DNA from: Acaryochloridaceae cyanobacterium VAR_48_metabat_390
GTDB lineage: Bacteria; Cyanobacteriota; Cyanobacteriia; Thermosynechococcales; Thermosynechococcaceae
DNA length: 35,378 bases
Direction of reading: 5' to 3'
Assembly: GCA_031422435.1 (NCBI GenBank)
Contig: JANPLU010000043.1
Location: 1-35,378, forward strand
This document shows, piece by piece, positions 20,387-29,109 of this stretch. How positions within the stretch are numbered: the stretch's first letter is position 1; every line of letters begins with the position of its first letter. Both the position numbers and the translations under genes were made by a program. Under the pieces are notes generated by a model that was not told the DNA's origin, ran no database searches, and saw only the letters and a list, made by a program, of their open reading frames with translations.

Positions 20387-20443
20387 AAGAGCTATTAGTT
20401 CTGATAAATTTGCAGCTAATCGGCTGAGTGAGCCAGATTGAGA

Positions 20444-20947
20444 TCAGTCCGTGCCACCCCACCGCCAGCGAGGATTGCCCTGAACCAATTCATAACGCAA
20501 AATCGCAGGGGTCAGGCTGTTGGCGTCAGTCAGACCCGTCATATCCAAGATAAAGTAGACTTTTCCCTTCAGGAACTGCATTTTCAGATAGGACTGTTCT
20601 GAAGCCTGCCCGTCCACCTTAACAATGCCAGCGGTTGCTCGGCAATTTTGGAACGGCGACTTTAGACTTCCAACCCAGGTCACGCTGAAGGGATCAACTT
20701 TGAAAAGAGAGACTTGCGTGGCGATCGCCCCCAAAGCCACCATTCCATCCCAAGCAAAGCTTCCTTCTTGATAGGGTCTAGCGGTCTGGTAAGCTACCAC
20801 TTTTTCAGGGCAGCGCACCTGCTGCGCATCTATTAAAAGGCGAGGTTTTAGTTCAAAGGTTTCAGCAGCAGCGACAGAAGCCCTCATGCTGCTGCTTAAG
20901 CCCAGTAATCCGATGGCTAAACTGACGCTCCAGAACAAATGACGCAT
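20444..20947 (-). CDS. Secreted hypothetical protein
   Basis: Signal peptide MRHLFWSVSLAIGLLGLSS...AAA, two Cys, C-terminal GNPRWRWGGTD. Confidence 0.7.
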   Translation of the reverse strand: MRHLFWSVSLAIGLLGLSSSMRASVAAAETFELKPRLLIDAQQVRCPEKVVAYQTARPYQEGSFAWDGMVALGAIATQVSLFKVDPFSVTWVGSLKSPFQNCRATAGIVKVDGQASEQSYLKMQFLKGKVYFILDMTGLTDANSLTPAILRYELVQGNPRWRWGGTD

Positions 20948-21002
20948 AGTAGCAGCCGCGCTCCTCAAGCCTAAGTTTCCTGGCCGAGGTCAAAAGGAAT
21001 GC

Positions 21003-21581
21003 TTAAGAACGACGGCTAAACATTTGTACCGCAAAAACGCGCCCACTGGACGGATCGATCGCCAGTCCGTAACCAAATCGTTCATAGTTTGGGTTCATAA
21101 GATTTCGACGATGTCCAGCACTTTGCATCCAACGACTCTGGAGATTCTCTAGAGTTCGAGCCTGAATGCGCCGACTTCTGCGATCTTGTGCCATTCCGAT
21201 ATTTTCAGCGGGGTACCCCTGTCTGCCCGCCGCCGCCAATCGATCTGAGGGGGATCTCCCTTCAGGGGAATAGTGGTCAAAATAGTTCCGCCTCAGCATA
21301 TCTTCAGCATGGGACTGAGCCGCCTGGGACAGTAAGGGGTCTACGGTCATGGGGACAAGCCCCTCACCCGCGCGATCGCGGTTTGCCAAATTTAGCGCAA
21401 ACTGCTGCACATCTTGAGCAACAGCTCGCTGCGGTGCAAAGGCTAAAGGCTGCTGATCTTGAGGTGCTGCCCAAGCCGCGCCTGTAAAGTGCCCAGAACC
21501 CGACAATGAAAAAATAGAAGCGAATGCAACGCTGCTCAACAATACAAGCTGCGACAAAGGCAAAAAGGGAACAATCCTCAT
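21003..21581 (-). CDS. Secreted CAP (SCP/YkwD-like) domain protein
   Basis: LNLANRDRAGEGL, LSQAAQSHAEDML, YFDHYSPEG, AENIG, WMQSAGHRRNLMNP, FGYG, FAVQMF. Confidence 0.92.
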   Translation of the reverse strand: MRIVPFLPLSQLVLLSSVAFASIFSLSGSGHFTGAAWAAPQDQQPLAFAPQRAVAQDVQQFALNLANRDRAGEGLVPMTVDPLLSQAAQSHAEDMLRRNYFDHYSPEGRSPSDRLAAAGRQGYPAENIGMAQDRRSRRIQARTLENLQSRWMQSAGHRRNLMNPNYERFGYGLAIDPSSGRVFAVQMFSRRS

Positions 21582-21824
21582 GATCGTTAAAACATTTAGG
21601 GTGATTTAGGGCAACACACACAGTGCTGAAGTTATTAAGTATTGCAAATTAATACTTGACAAAATCAGCGATATTAAATCTGAAAAATAGAGTTAACGTA
21701 TAGTACCCCATGAGGAATGAATGTTGATCTGTACAGCACTGCTTGATTGACGGGCGATTAGAGCGAACACCCAATAAGTCGCTATAACTGAGAAAGAAAT
21801 CCTTGAGATGAAAGACAATTTGGC

Positions 21825-22091
21825 ATGGCCTTTAAAGTCGCAGCACCCAACTTTGAGCAAGGTTTTGAGCGTTGGATTGATGCGCTAGAAGCCGCAAAGT
21901 CGCTCATTCCAACCTGTAAAGGGTTATTTCAGCAGGTCAAGATTTTGGAGAATGAGAAACTCGTTTGGGCTTACGACCGCTTTCATCGCTATCCTCAATT
22001 TTTTGGAGCCGGAACCTATAAACGTTTAGCCCATCGCTTTTTAATAGAGTCTGCTGAAGATGAAGCCAAAACTTCTCAATCTGAAGCTTAG
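21825..22091 (+). CDS. Hypothetical protein, 88 aa
   Basis: Protein-like ORF directly upstream of and co-oriented with the LD-carboxypeptidase gene. No family recognised. Confidence 0.7.
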   Translation: MAFKVAAPNFEQGFERWIDALEAAKSLIPTCKGLFQQVKILENEKLVWAYDRFHRYPQFFGAGTYKRLAHRFLIESAEDEAKTSQSEA

Positions 22092-22155
22092 AAACGGCTG
22101 GGTTACGGCTCTACAATCATTCATGGACGCGCTACCTGAAGATTGAGGCTGTTTC

Positions 22156-23052
22156 ATGAAAATTTGCCAAATTCCGCCGCCGCTCAAACCAGGCGATCGC
22201 CTTTGGGTGATCATGCCCAGTGGGGCGCTACGGGAGACGGTACATTTTGAGAAGGGGCTGGAAGTATGGCGATCGCGCGGCTACAAGGTAGATCTTTGCC
22301 CTACTCATAACCATCGCTGGGGCTACCTCGCCGGAACCGATACAGAACGCCGTCAAGCCCTTAAAATGGGGTTAAATAATGCTGAATACAAAGCCATTGT
22401 GTGTGGACGGGGCGGCTATGGCGGCGCACGACTGCTAGAGCAGTGGCAGTGGCCTAGTACACAACCTAAATGGCTCATCGGCTTTTCTGATGTCACAAGC
22501 CTGCTATGGGCATTTGCTCAGCAGGGCATCTCTGGTGTGCATGGCCCTGTGCTAACCACCCTTGCGCAAGAGCCAGATTGGTCTACAGAGCGCCTATTTA
22601 ATTGGCTAGAAGGAAGGGCCTTACAACCCCTTGAGGGCAAGGGCTGGGGCGGCGGCACCGCCACGGGTTTACTGCTGCCTGCCAATTTAACCGTTGCCAC
22701 GCACTGTTTATTGACCGACATCCAGCCCAATTTAGACGGCGTAATTTTAGCCTTAGAAGACGTCAGCGAAGCCCCCTACCGCATTGACCGAATGCTGACC
22801 CAGTGGCGCATGAGCGGAATGCTATCTAAGGTCAAAGGCATTGCCCTCGGTCGCTTTAGCGAGTGCGAAGCCCCTGCCGGAATTCCCAGCTGGACGGTTG
22901 AGGAAGTATTGCGCGATCGCCTGGGCGACCTCGGCATCCCCATCGTTTCTGACCTTCCCTTTGGACATCAGGGCGTGAATGCTGCGTTGCCCGTCGGGGT
23001 TGCTGTGGCGTTAGACGGCGATCGGGGGATTCTCTCGGTGAAAGTGGAATAG
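22156..23052 (+). CDS. ldcA: LD-carboxypeptidase (peptidase S66)
   Basis: PPPLKPGD, YLAGTDTERR, RGGYG, GFSDVT (catalytic Ser), LEDVSEAPYRIDRML (Glu), PFGH (His). Confidence 0.92.
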   Translation: MKICQIPPPLKPGDRLWVIMPSGALRETVHFEKGLEVWRSRGYKVDLCPTHNHRWGYLAGTDTERRQALKMGLNNAEYKAIVCGRGGYGGARLLEQWQWPSTQPKWLIGFSDVTSLLWAFAQQGISGVHGPVLTTLAQEPDWSTERLFNWLEGRALQPLEGKGWGGGTATGLLLPANLTVATHCLLTDIQPNLDGVILALEDVSEAPYRIDRMLTQWRMSGMLSKVKGIALGRFSECEAPAGIPSWTVEEVLRDRLGDLGIPIVSDLPFGHQGVNAALPVGVAVALDGDRGILSVKVE

Positions 23053-23091
23053 GCGAGACGAGCAGACTGGCAAAAATCGCTCAAAATCTCT

Positions 23092-23964
23092 TCAAATCCA
23101 AGGCTCGTCATCCTCTAGATCTTTTGGAGGAACCTCTGCTGAATGGGTCTCCCAATCTTTGCGGGACTTAGGCTTAGAGACGGGCTGAATCGAGTCTTTA
23201 ATTTGCTGGGCGAGGGGCGCTAGCTCTTCCTTTAGCTCTTTACCAAAGCTTTGGGCACGGTCTTGAAACTTGTCTAGCAAAGTACGTCCTGCCTTAAGCG
23301 CTTCTTGAGAGGGGAACTCTTGTCGAACTTCTTTGGCTTTCTGGGTAGCCTGCTCTGCGATCGCCCTGACCTGCTGCCCCGCCCGCTTTGTGGCAGACTG
23401 GGCAGTTTCTGAAAACGACTGTAAATCTTCCGCAACTTTTGCAGCCTTTTGCTCAAGGCCATCTTGATAGGCCGCAATGAGACAGACAGCCTTTTGCGCC
23501 ACTAGCACCCGCTTTTTACCAATTTGCACAATGCCCTTCGTGGGGAGTTTGTAAACACTGTCAATGTATCCGTGCCACCCTTGAGAGCGGAACAGATAGT
23601 CTGTAATTTCGCCAGTCTCTAAGTGAAATAGACAGTCTGTAATGTGACCTAAGCGATTTCCGGCATCGCTCCATAGCTCATGGCCGATCAATGTTTCCAG
23701 TACGCCCACATGCTCCGTATCCGTTTCAACAGGCAAAGAATTAATTACAATTCCTTCTGCGCCGATTGAGCGGAGCTGGCTCAGCTTAAACGCAAATCTT
23801 TTTTTGGTTAACAGGCTAGATTTACTAATAAACCCCATCACCCGATGGGCTTCAGGATCCATCCACACCACCTCTACCCTGCCAAACTCTTCGGCGGTGG
23901 CTCTCTCTAGCACCAGCCGATTGAGCAGTTCACTATGGCGAATCGCTATAAAAGAATCAGGCAT
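23092..23964 (-). CDS. PRC-barrel protein with C-terminal helical repeats
   Basis: SELLNRLVLERATAEEFGRVEVVWMD and LIGHELWSDAGNRLGHITDCLFHLETGEI, then an amphipathic A/K/Q-rich helical region ending EDDEPWI. Confidence 0.85.
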   Translation of the reverse strand: MPDSFIAIRHSELLNRLVLERATAEEFGRVEVVWMDPEAHRVMGFISKSSLLTKKRFAFKLSQLRSIGAEGIVINSLPVETDTEHVGVLETLIGHELWSDAGNRLGHITDCLFHLETGEITDYLFRSQGWHGYIDSVYKLPTKGIVQIGKKRVLVAQKAVCLIAAYQDGLEQKAAKVAEDLQSFSETAQSATKRAGQQVRAIAEQATQKAKEVRQEFPSQEALKAGRTLLDKFQDRAQSFGKELKEELAPLAQQIKDSIQPVSKPKSRKDWETHSAEVPPKDLEDDEPWI

Positions 23965-24021
23965 GAACGTGTGCCTTGCAGTGGAATACCTTTTAGTCTA
24001 TTCTTTCTGGTCAGCCAATAC

Positions 24022-24051
24022 AAAAAGTCGGAGATATCTCTCTCCGACTTT
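24022..24051 (-). terminator. Intrinsic terminator of the rbp gene
   Basis: Minus strand reads AAAGTCGGAGA-GAGATA-TCTCCGACTTTTT, an 11-bp stem plus U-tract, about 35 nt past the rbp stop. Confidence 0.8.
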
Positions 24052-24084
24052 AATTTTAAAAACTAGATTTAGAAAAATCCAGAA

Positions 24085-24405
24085 TTAGAAGCTACGGGCA
24101 AAGTTGCCACCGCCATTTCCACCCCGACGATCGCCGCCGAAAGAAGGGCGATTACCGCTTTCTTCACGGGGTTTAGCCTTATTTACTTTAAGTGTGCGAC
24201 CCATCCATTCTGCGCCATCGAGAGCCTCAATTGCCGCCGTTTCTTCAGTGTCGTTCCCCATTTCAACAAATGCAAAGCCACGGGGGCGACCCGTTTCACG
24301 ATCAGTGGGAAGCTGAACGCGCTGAATCGCACCATACTCAGCAAAAACAGAGGTCAAATCCTCTTTCGTAACCTCGTAGGACAGGTTACCAACGTAAATC
24401 GACAT
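24085..24405 (-). CDS. rbpA: RRM RNA-binding protein with Gly-rich tail (RbpA type)
   Basis: RNP2 IYVGNL, RNP1 RGFAFVEM, AIEALDGAEWMGRTLKVNKAKPRE, and a G/R-rich tail. Paralog identity uncertain. Confidence 0.93.
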   Translation of the reverse strand: MSIYVGNLSYEVTKEDLTSVFAEYGAIQRVQLPTDRETGRPRGFAFVEMGNDTEETAAIEALDGAEWMGRTLKVNKAKPREESGNRPSFGGDRRGGNGGGNFARSF

Positions 24406-24520
24406 ATTGTAATATCCAAAATCAAGAGCGTGTAGAGAGTTGGATTTCGGAGCAAAGCCTGACTAATTAGACCGAGGAAAACCTGATTAACTTAGAGACA
24501 AACACTGCAGCCGATACTTT
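24406..24520 (-). promoter_or_regulatory. Conserved rbp 5'-UTR with box I/II/III-like motifs
   Basis: Minus-strand ATCGGCTG (24515-24508), TTTGTCTCTAAGT (24502-24490) and GCTCCGAA (24453-24446) resemble, from memory, the TTCGGYGA / TTTGTTTNNAGT / TCTCCGAA boxes of cold-regulated cyanobacterial rbp leaders, in the same order. Confidence 0.6.
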
Positions 24521-24617
24521 ATTCTCGCCCTCCAGTCTAGCGCAATTCTTCTCACATTCTGAGGCTAGAGCCTAAATCTAAACTGATTCCTATGACAGAG
24601 TATCGGATCGGGGGAGA

Positions 24618-24962
24618 TCAGAGCTTAAGCCAGCGAAGATACCACGGACTCTTACTGCTGCGGCCAGCCTGCTTTAGCGCCGAAAGCTGCTCCTGGAGAC
24701 GCGAATTGGCAGCCTCTAGTTCAGCGGCTTTGGCAGTCAGCACAATATTGCGACTAAATAAATATTTGTTTCGCGTTTCCAGCGCCGCAAGGTGAGAATT
24801 CTCTTTTAACGTGGCTGACGGCGGATGCGACGTGTCGCTATTGTTGTACATTGCCTCAGACAAAGATACCAAGCGCTGTGACGTTTCGATGAGTTCTGGA
24901 TCGATCTCTAGGGGGGGCATTTCCCAGAGATCTTGCGGGTCTAATGGCGCTTCTGACGGCAT
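24618..24962 (-). CDS. Hypothetical protein with C-terminal coiled coil
   Basis: Starts 8 nt after the cofG stop. Contains AAELEAANSRLQEQLSALKQ and ends PWYLRWLKL. Confidence 0.65.
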   Translation of the reverse strand: MPSEAPLDPQDLWEMPPLEIDPELIETSQRLVSLSEAMYNNSDTSHPPSATLKENSHLAALETRNKYLFSRNIVLTAKAAELEAANSRLQEQLSALKQAGRSSKSPWYLRWLKL

Positions 24963-24970
24963 AGAATCAC

Positions 24971-25972
24971 CTAATTCTTCTGCATAACGGCTGCAATAGC
25001 GTCAGTGTAGCCCTCTTCTAAGCGCACACGCCAGCATTGAGTTGCTTCAAACAGCGGTTTAGGTAACCACTGATCAAAGACAGGGTAAATGGGCAGACGA
25101 GGCTGAAGTTTCCACGCTTCTGGATCTAGGTTTTGAGCAAGCTGATTGAGAGTGGTGTGAGCATAGTCTGGATTGACGTGATCGTGGGGTACTAGACCGC
25201 CTAAGTCCCGCGCCCCTGCTTCTAAGCAGTCGCGCAAATATTGGGGAACCTGCACTAAGTTGGGTGGGATCTGAATTGTGATGCTGTTGGGGAGAATTTG
25301 ACGGGCGATCGCCACCACATCAGCCATCTCTTCCAACTCAAACCCTTGTCCTGCCCACTGCTCTTGCTGGCCTGGACTATAGGGCTGAAGAATGACCTCC
25401 TGAATATGACCCCAACGGAGATGGGAATGGGCGATCGCCCTCAGCGCCTCTTCCCGCTCCTGCGCCGTTTCGCCTAAACCCAGCAGCAAACCTGTCGTAA
25501 AGGGAATCTGTAGCTGTCCTGCCCACTCAAGCTGCTCTAGGCGTAGCGCCGGATCTTTGCTGGGCGCATAGCGATGGACGGTTTCTTGTAGGCGTGGCGT
25601 GACCTGCTCAAGCATTAGCCCCATTGAGGCATTAACTTGCTTGAGCTGCGCCATTTCGTCATAGAGCAGTGGTCCAGCATTGGTGTGGGGCAAAAAGCCC
25701 ATCGAAAGCGCCAGTTCGCAAATTTGGTAAATATGCTTAAACCAGGTAGCACGGCGAGCACTTTGAGGATGAACTTCCCCGCTCAGCACTAGAATTTCAA
25801 TCACGCCAAGCTCTCGTAATGCAGAGAGCTGAGCTGCCGCTGCGTCTAGCGTAAACCAAGGGCTTTGCCCTGGATCGGTGCGGAAATTGCAGTAGTCACA
25901 GCGATTGAAGCACTCGTAGGTGGGCACGAGGGTAAATGCAGGGCTATAGGTAATGACTTGAGGTGCCACCAT
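24971..25972 (-). CDS. cofG: FO (deazaflavin) synthase subunit CofG, radical SAM
   Basis: ITYSPAFTLVPTYECFNRCDYCNF (CxxxCxxC), LPHTNAG, SMGLMLE, PSKDP, IPFTTGLLLGLGE, GHIQEVILQP, IQIPPNL, DHVNP, RLPIYP. Confidence 0.93.
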   Translation of the reverse strand: MVAPQVITYSPAFTLVPTYECFNRCDYCNFRTDPGQSPWFTLDAAAAQLSALRELGVIEILVLSGEVHPQSARRATWFKHIYQICELALSMGFLPHTNAGPLLYDEMAQLKQVNASMGLMLEQVTPRLQETVHRYAPSKDPALRLEQLEWAGQLQIPFTTGLLLGLGETAQEREEALRAIAHSHLRWGHIQEVILQPYSPGQQEQWAGQGFELEEMADVVAIARQILPNSITIQIPPNLVQVPQYLRDCLEAGARDLGGLVPHDHVNPDYAHTTLNQLAQNLDPEAWKLQPRLPIYPVFDQWLPKPLFEATQCWRVRLEEGYTDAIAAVMQKN

Positions 25973-25985
25973 CAATCAACCGCCG

Positions 25986-27188
25986 TTACTTTATAGAATC
26001 CGTTGCGTAAACGCGACCTTTCCAAGCGCCGCCTTTGCCCTGTAAATGCCGCAGGGCAGAGTCTGCGGTCATTAAGGTATAGAGTGCCGCAATTAAAGGC
26101 AGGGTGAATGCCCATAGGGGTGACAGCCGATACAGCCGAATGGTAGGCCAGTAGGCGATCGTCATGAGGCTCCAAATAAGCGCGGCTATTGCCACAACCA
26201 CCCATTGCCCTGTTATGCCGCCCAGCACTAAGCTGACGGGTGGGACTAAATAAATGACAACCATGCCGAGTAAAGAACCCAGCAGTAGCCCATAGGAATA
26301 GTGAAGCTGCGTAAACGCCGTCCGTGCCACCATTGTCCAGATCGTTTGAAGCGAAGGATAGGGTCGAAGGCTCACGGTTGCAGTGGTTAACCCTAACCAA
26401 ATCCGGCCGGTCTCACCACTGTCTGAAACCGCGCCCTTGATGGCTGCTCCTAGGGCGCAATCATCAATCAGGGCTTTGCGAATAACCTCAATGCCGCCCA
26501 CACTCATTAAGGTTTCTCGACGCACAAGGCAACAGCCCCCTGCTGCTGCTGCCATCGGGTGTTGGGGCTGATTTACCCACGGAAAGGGATATAGCTTTTG
26601 AAAGAAAAACACAAAGGCCGGAATCAGCAGCTTTTCCCAAAAGCTTTGGCACCGCAACAGCACCATTAAGGAGACTAAATCGAGATGTTCTTGTTCGGCT
26701 TTAAGCACCAACTGCTTCAGGGTGGCCTGCCCGTGCAGAATATCGGCATCCGTTAGCAAAAAGTAGTCTGGCAGGGGCTGCGTTGTGTCCTGAAGCACCC
26801 GCTCAATGCCTTGATGCACAGCCCATAGTTTGCCAGACCAGCCTGTTGGGAGGGGATCGGTGGTCATGATCTCAAGAGAGGTTTCGTCTTTACTCTGGTA
26901 TGCCGTTTGACGCGCCACGGCTGCGGTTCCGTCTGTACTTTGATCATCCACCAGCAAAATGCAGAAATTACCTGGATACTTTTGATTAAGCAGCCCTGGC
27001 AAAGACTGCGTCAGCATGTCAGCTTCATTTCGGGCAGGTATGACCGCACAAATTGAAGGCCACGTTGCTAAAGATGCCTGATTTAAAGGTGTCAGACGCT
27101 GATTACATCGCCAAAACCGACCTCTAAAGGCCAGCAGATAGATCCAGCTCAGGCCAGATAAACCCAGTGCCAAGAGGGTCATTGCCAT
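25986..27188 (-). CDS. hpnB: GT2 glycosyltransferase, hopanoid-associated HpnB-like
   Basis: VIPARNEA, VDDQSTDGT, GWSGKLWA, LTDADI, EKLLIPAFVFFFQKLYPF, AAAGGC, LIDDCAL, WTMVARTAFTQL, GGAWKGRVY. Start 27188 or up to 27206. Confidence 0.85.
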   Translation of the reverse strand: MAMTLLALGLSGLSWIYLLAFRGRFWRCNQRLTPLNQASLATWPSICAVIPARNEADMLTQSLPGLLNQKYPGNFCILLVDDQSTDGTAAVARQTAYQSKDETSLEIMTTDPLPTGWSGKLWAVHQGIERVLQDTTQPLPDYFLLTDADILHGQATLKQLVLKAEQEHLDLVSLMVLLRCQSFWEKLLIPAFVFFFQKLYPFPWVNQPQHPMAAAAGGCCLVRRETLMSVGGIEVIRKALIDDCALGAAIKGAVSDSGETGRIWLGLTTATVSLRPYPSLQTIWTMVARTAFTQLHYSYGLLLGSLLGMVVIYLVPPVSLVLGGITGQWVVVAIAALIWSLMTIAYWPTIRLYRLSPLWAFTLPLIAALYTLMTADSALRHLQGKGGAWKGRVYATDSIK

Positions 27189-27253
27189 AAAATCACTCCA
27201 GTACAACTCATTGCATGACAGATGGATGCTGCCATTTCGGTCTATGTCATGGC

Positions 27254-28306
27254 CTATGCAATTTCAGCAGGCTGTTGAGCGCGGGATAAGAACGGTAGGT
27301 CTACCACAACAGCTTCATGCTCACCGACTTTGACCCTTAATCCCACTCCACCCGCTTTCGTTTTAAGGTACGCCAGCCCAAAGAATCCCTCGGCTGTTTC
27401 GACCACGCTGGTTAAAATCCCAACCTTTTGGCCTTCTACAGAAAGCGTTTCGCCCATTGGCTCTGCTTGCGCCAGCTTAAGCCCCCAAAGCTGCTGTTTA
27501 ACGCCGTTATAGGTATTGAGCCGCGCGATAGTTTCTTGCCCAATGTAGCAGCCTTTATTAAAAGACACGGTATGCCAAAGCCCTGCCTCTAAGGGGTTGT
27601 AGTCTTCGGTCAATTCTGCCCCTGGCATCGGACGACCTTGTAAGACTCGCAACTGTTCCCAGGCTTGTTCGCCTAGGGGCACGGCTTTTGCATCTGTCAG
27701 CGTTTGCCAAAGCGCTGCGCCATCGGCGAGGTCAGCAATAATGGTGTAGCCCTGAGGGTCTAGCCCATCCCCTGCGGCAATGCGAACTGAAAGCCCAGCA
27801 ATTTCGGTAATGCAGTGAGAATGTAGCGTTTGGGGTAGGTTGGTTACGCCTAACCCTTCAAGGAATGCTGCGCTGTGGGGACCCAGCAAGCTAAAGCATA
27901 TGGTAGTGTTGCTAAAGTCTGTCAGCTCGACTTTGTCGCCAAAGAAAATATAGCGATCAAGCCATTTCAATAACGGCTGTCGCTGACTGGGTGAGGTAAG
28001 CACCAAAATCTCTGACTCGGTGACGTAAGCACTCACTAAGTCTATAGTGCGAGCGGTGGAGGTGAGAATAACGGTTTCGCAGCCTTGTCTGGGCTGAAGC
28101 GACTTGAGGTCATTGGTGCTTTGGTTGTGCAAAAAATTGAGGCGATCGCCCCCACTCAACCGTAGTCTACCCCAGTGGCTGCGATCATAGAGTGCAATGC
28201 CTTGATGGGCGGCGGCGATCGCCTCAGCATCGTTGCCGAAAGTGACAGGGATATTAGACGCAATCTGAGCGCCCTGGGAACACTGAATGTCTTGTAATGC
28301 CAGCAT
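27254..28306 (-). CDS. ygfZ: Folate-binding YgfZ (GcvT-like) protein
   Basis: DRSHWGRL, FLHNQSTND, YNPLEAGL, and the signature KGCYIGQE. Confidence 0.93.
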   Translation of the reverse strand: MLALQDIQCSQGAQIASNIPVTFGNDAEAIAAAHQGIALYDRSHWGRLRLSGGDRLNFLHNQSTNDLKSLQPRQGCETVILTSTARTIDLVSAYVTESEILVLTSPSQRQPLLKWLDRYIFFGDKVELTDFSNTTICFSLLGPHSAAFLEGLGVTNLPQTLHSHCITEIAGLSVRIAAGDGLDPQGYTIIADLADGAALWQTLTDAKAVPLGEQAWEQLRVLQGRPMPGAELTEDYNPLEAGLWHTVSFNKGCYIGQETIARLNTYNGVKQQLWGLKLAQAEPMGETLSVEGQKVGILTSVVETAEGFFGLAYLKTKAGGVGLRVKVGEHEAVVVDLPFLSRAQQPAEIA

Positions 28307-28474
28307 AGAGTATGGTTTTTAACCTTGGTTTAGCGCGTTAAAAACGCACCGTAAAATACGGCAACCCTTATTCTAGGAGAAAACTAAGGTGAGGTATCCG
28401 CTTCATGTTTGAGATGATGGAATAAGCCTAAATTCTGATTGTGACGGACGACAGTTTTTACGGAAGCTAAGGCC

Positions 28475-29065
28475 ATGACAGCACTAACACTCCCCTTAAC
28501 GGTAGATCTTAAGCAGGTTCATCTCACAGATGAGCAGTTTTATCAGCTTTGTATCAGCAATCCAGAACTCAATATTGAACGTAATGCAGCCGGAGGCTTA
28601 ATTCTGATGTCACCTGTCGGAGGCGATAGCGGTAGCCGCGAAATGGAGCTAGGAACTGACCTCAGTATCTGGAATCGGAACACCGGATTGGGTAAAACAT
28701 TTAGCTCTTCTACGGTTTTTAAGCTGCCTGGTGGTGGCGATCGCTCTCCGGATGCGGCTTGGGTGGAACTCTCACGTTGGCAAGCCCTCACCCCAGAACA
28801 ACGCCAGAAATTCCCGCCCATCGCCCCCGATTTTGTGATTGAATTGCGTTCTCGAACCGATAGTCTGCAAACCCTTCAAGCCAAAATGCAGGAATATCTA
28901 GACAGCGGCGTTCGCTTAGGTTGGCTATTTAACCCTCAAGACCAACAGGTCGAAATCTATCGACAGGGGCAACTTAAAGAAGTGCGATCCTTACCCACCC
29001 TCCTCTCAGGCGAAACTGTTTTGCCTGGATTTACGCTTCAGGTTGATCTATTTACGGAGGATTAA
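28475..29065 (+). CDS. Uma2 (DUF820) PD-(D/E)xK endonuclease-like protein
   Basis: LTDEQFYQLC, ERNAAGGLILMSP, FSSSTVFKLP, RSPDAAWV, APDFVIELRS, KMQEYLDSGVRLGWL, LSGETVLPGF. Confidence 0.93.
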   Translation: MTALTLPLTVDLKQVHLTDEQFYQLCISNPELNIERNAAGGLILMSPVGGDSGSREMELGTDLSIWNRNTGLGKTFSSSTVFKLPGGGDRSPDAAWVELSRWQALTPEQRQKFPPIAPDFVIELRSRTDSLQTLQAKMQEYLDSGVRLGWLFNPQDQQVEIYRQGQLKEVRSLPTLLSGETVLPGFTLQVDLFTED

Positions 29066-29109
29066 CCATTAGGCTTGAGCGCAATAAGCCAAGGTGATTT
29101 GAGGTTTTA

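Noticed and set aside
28435..28470. Upstream reading LIVTDDSFY resembling the Uma2 N-terminus LTDEQFY (possible paralog remnant)
   Set aside because: Too short to distinguish from chance.
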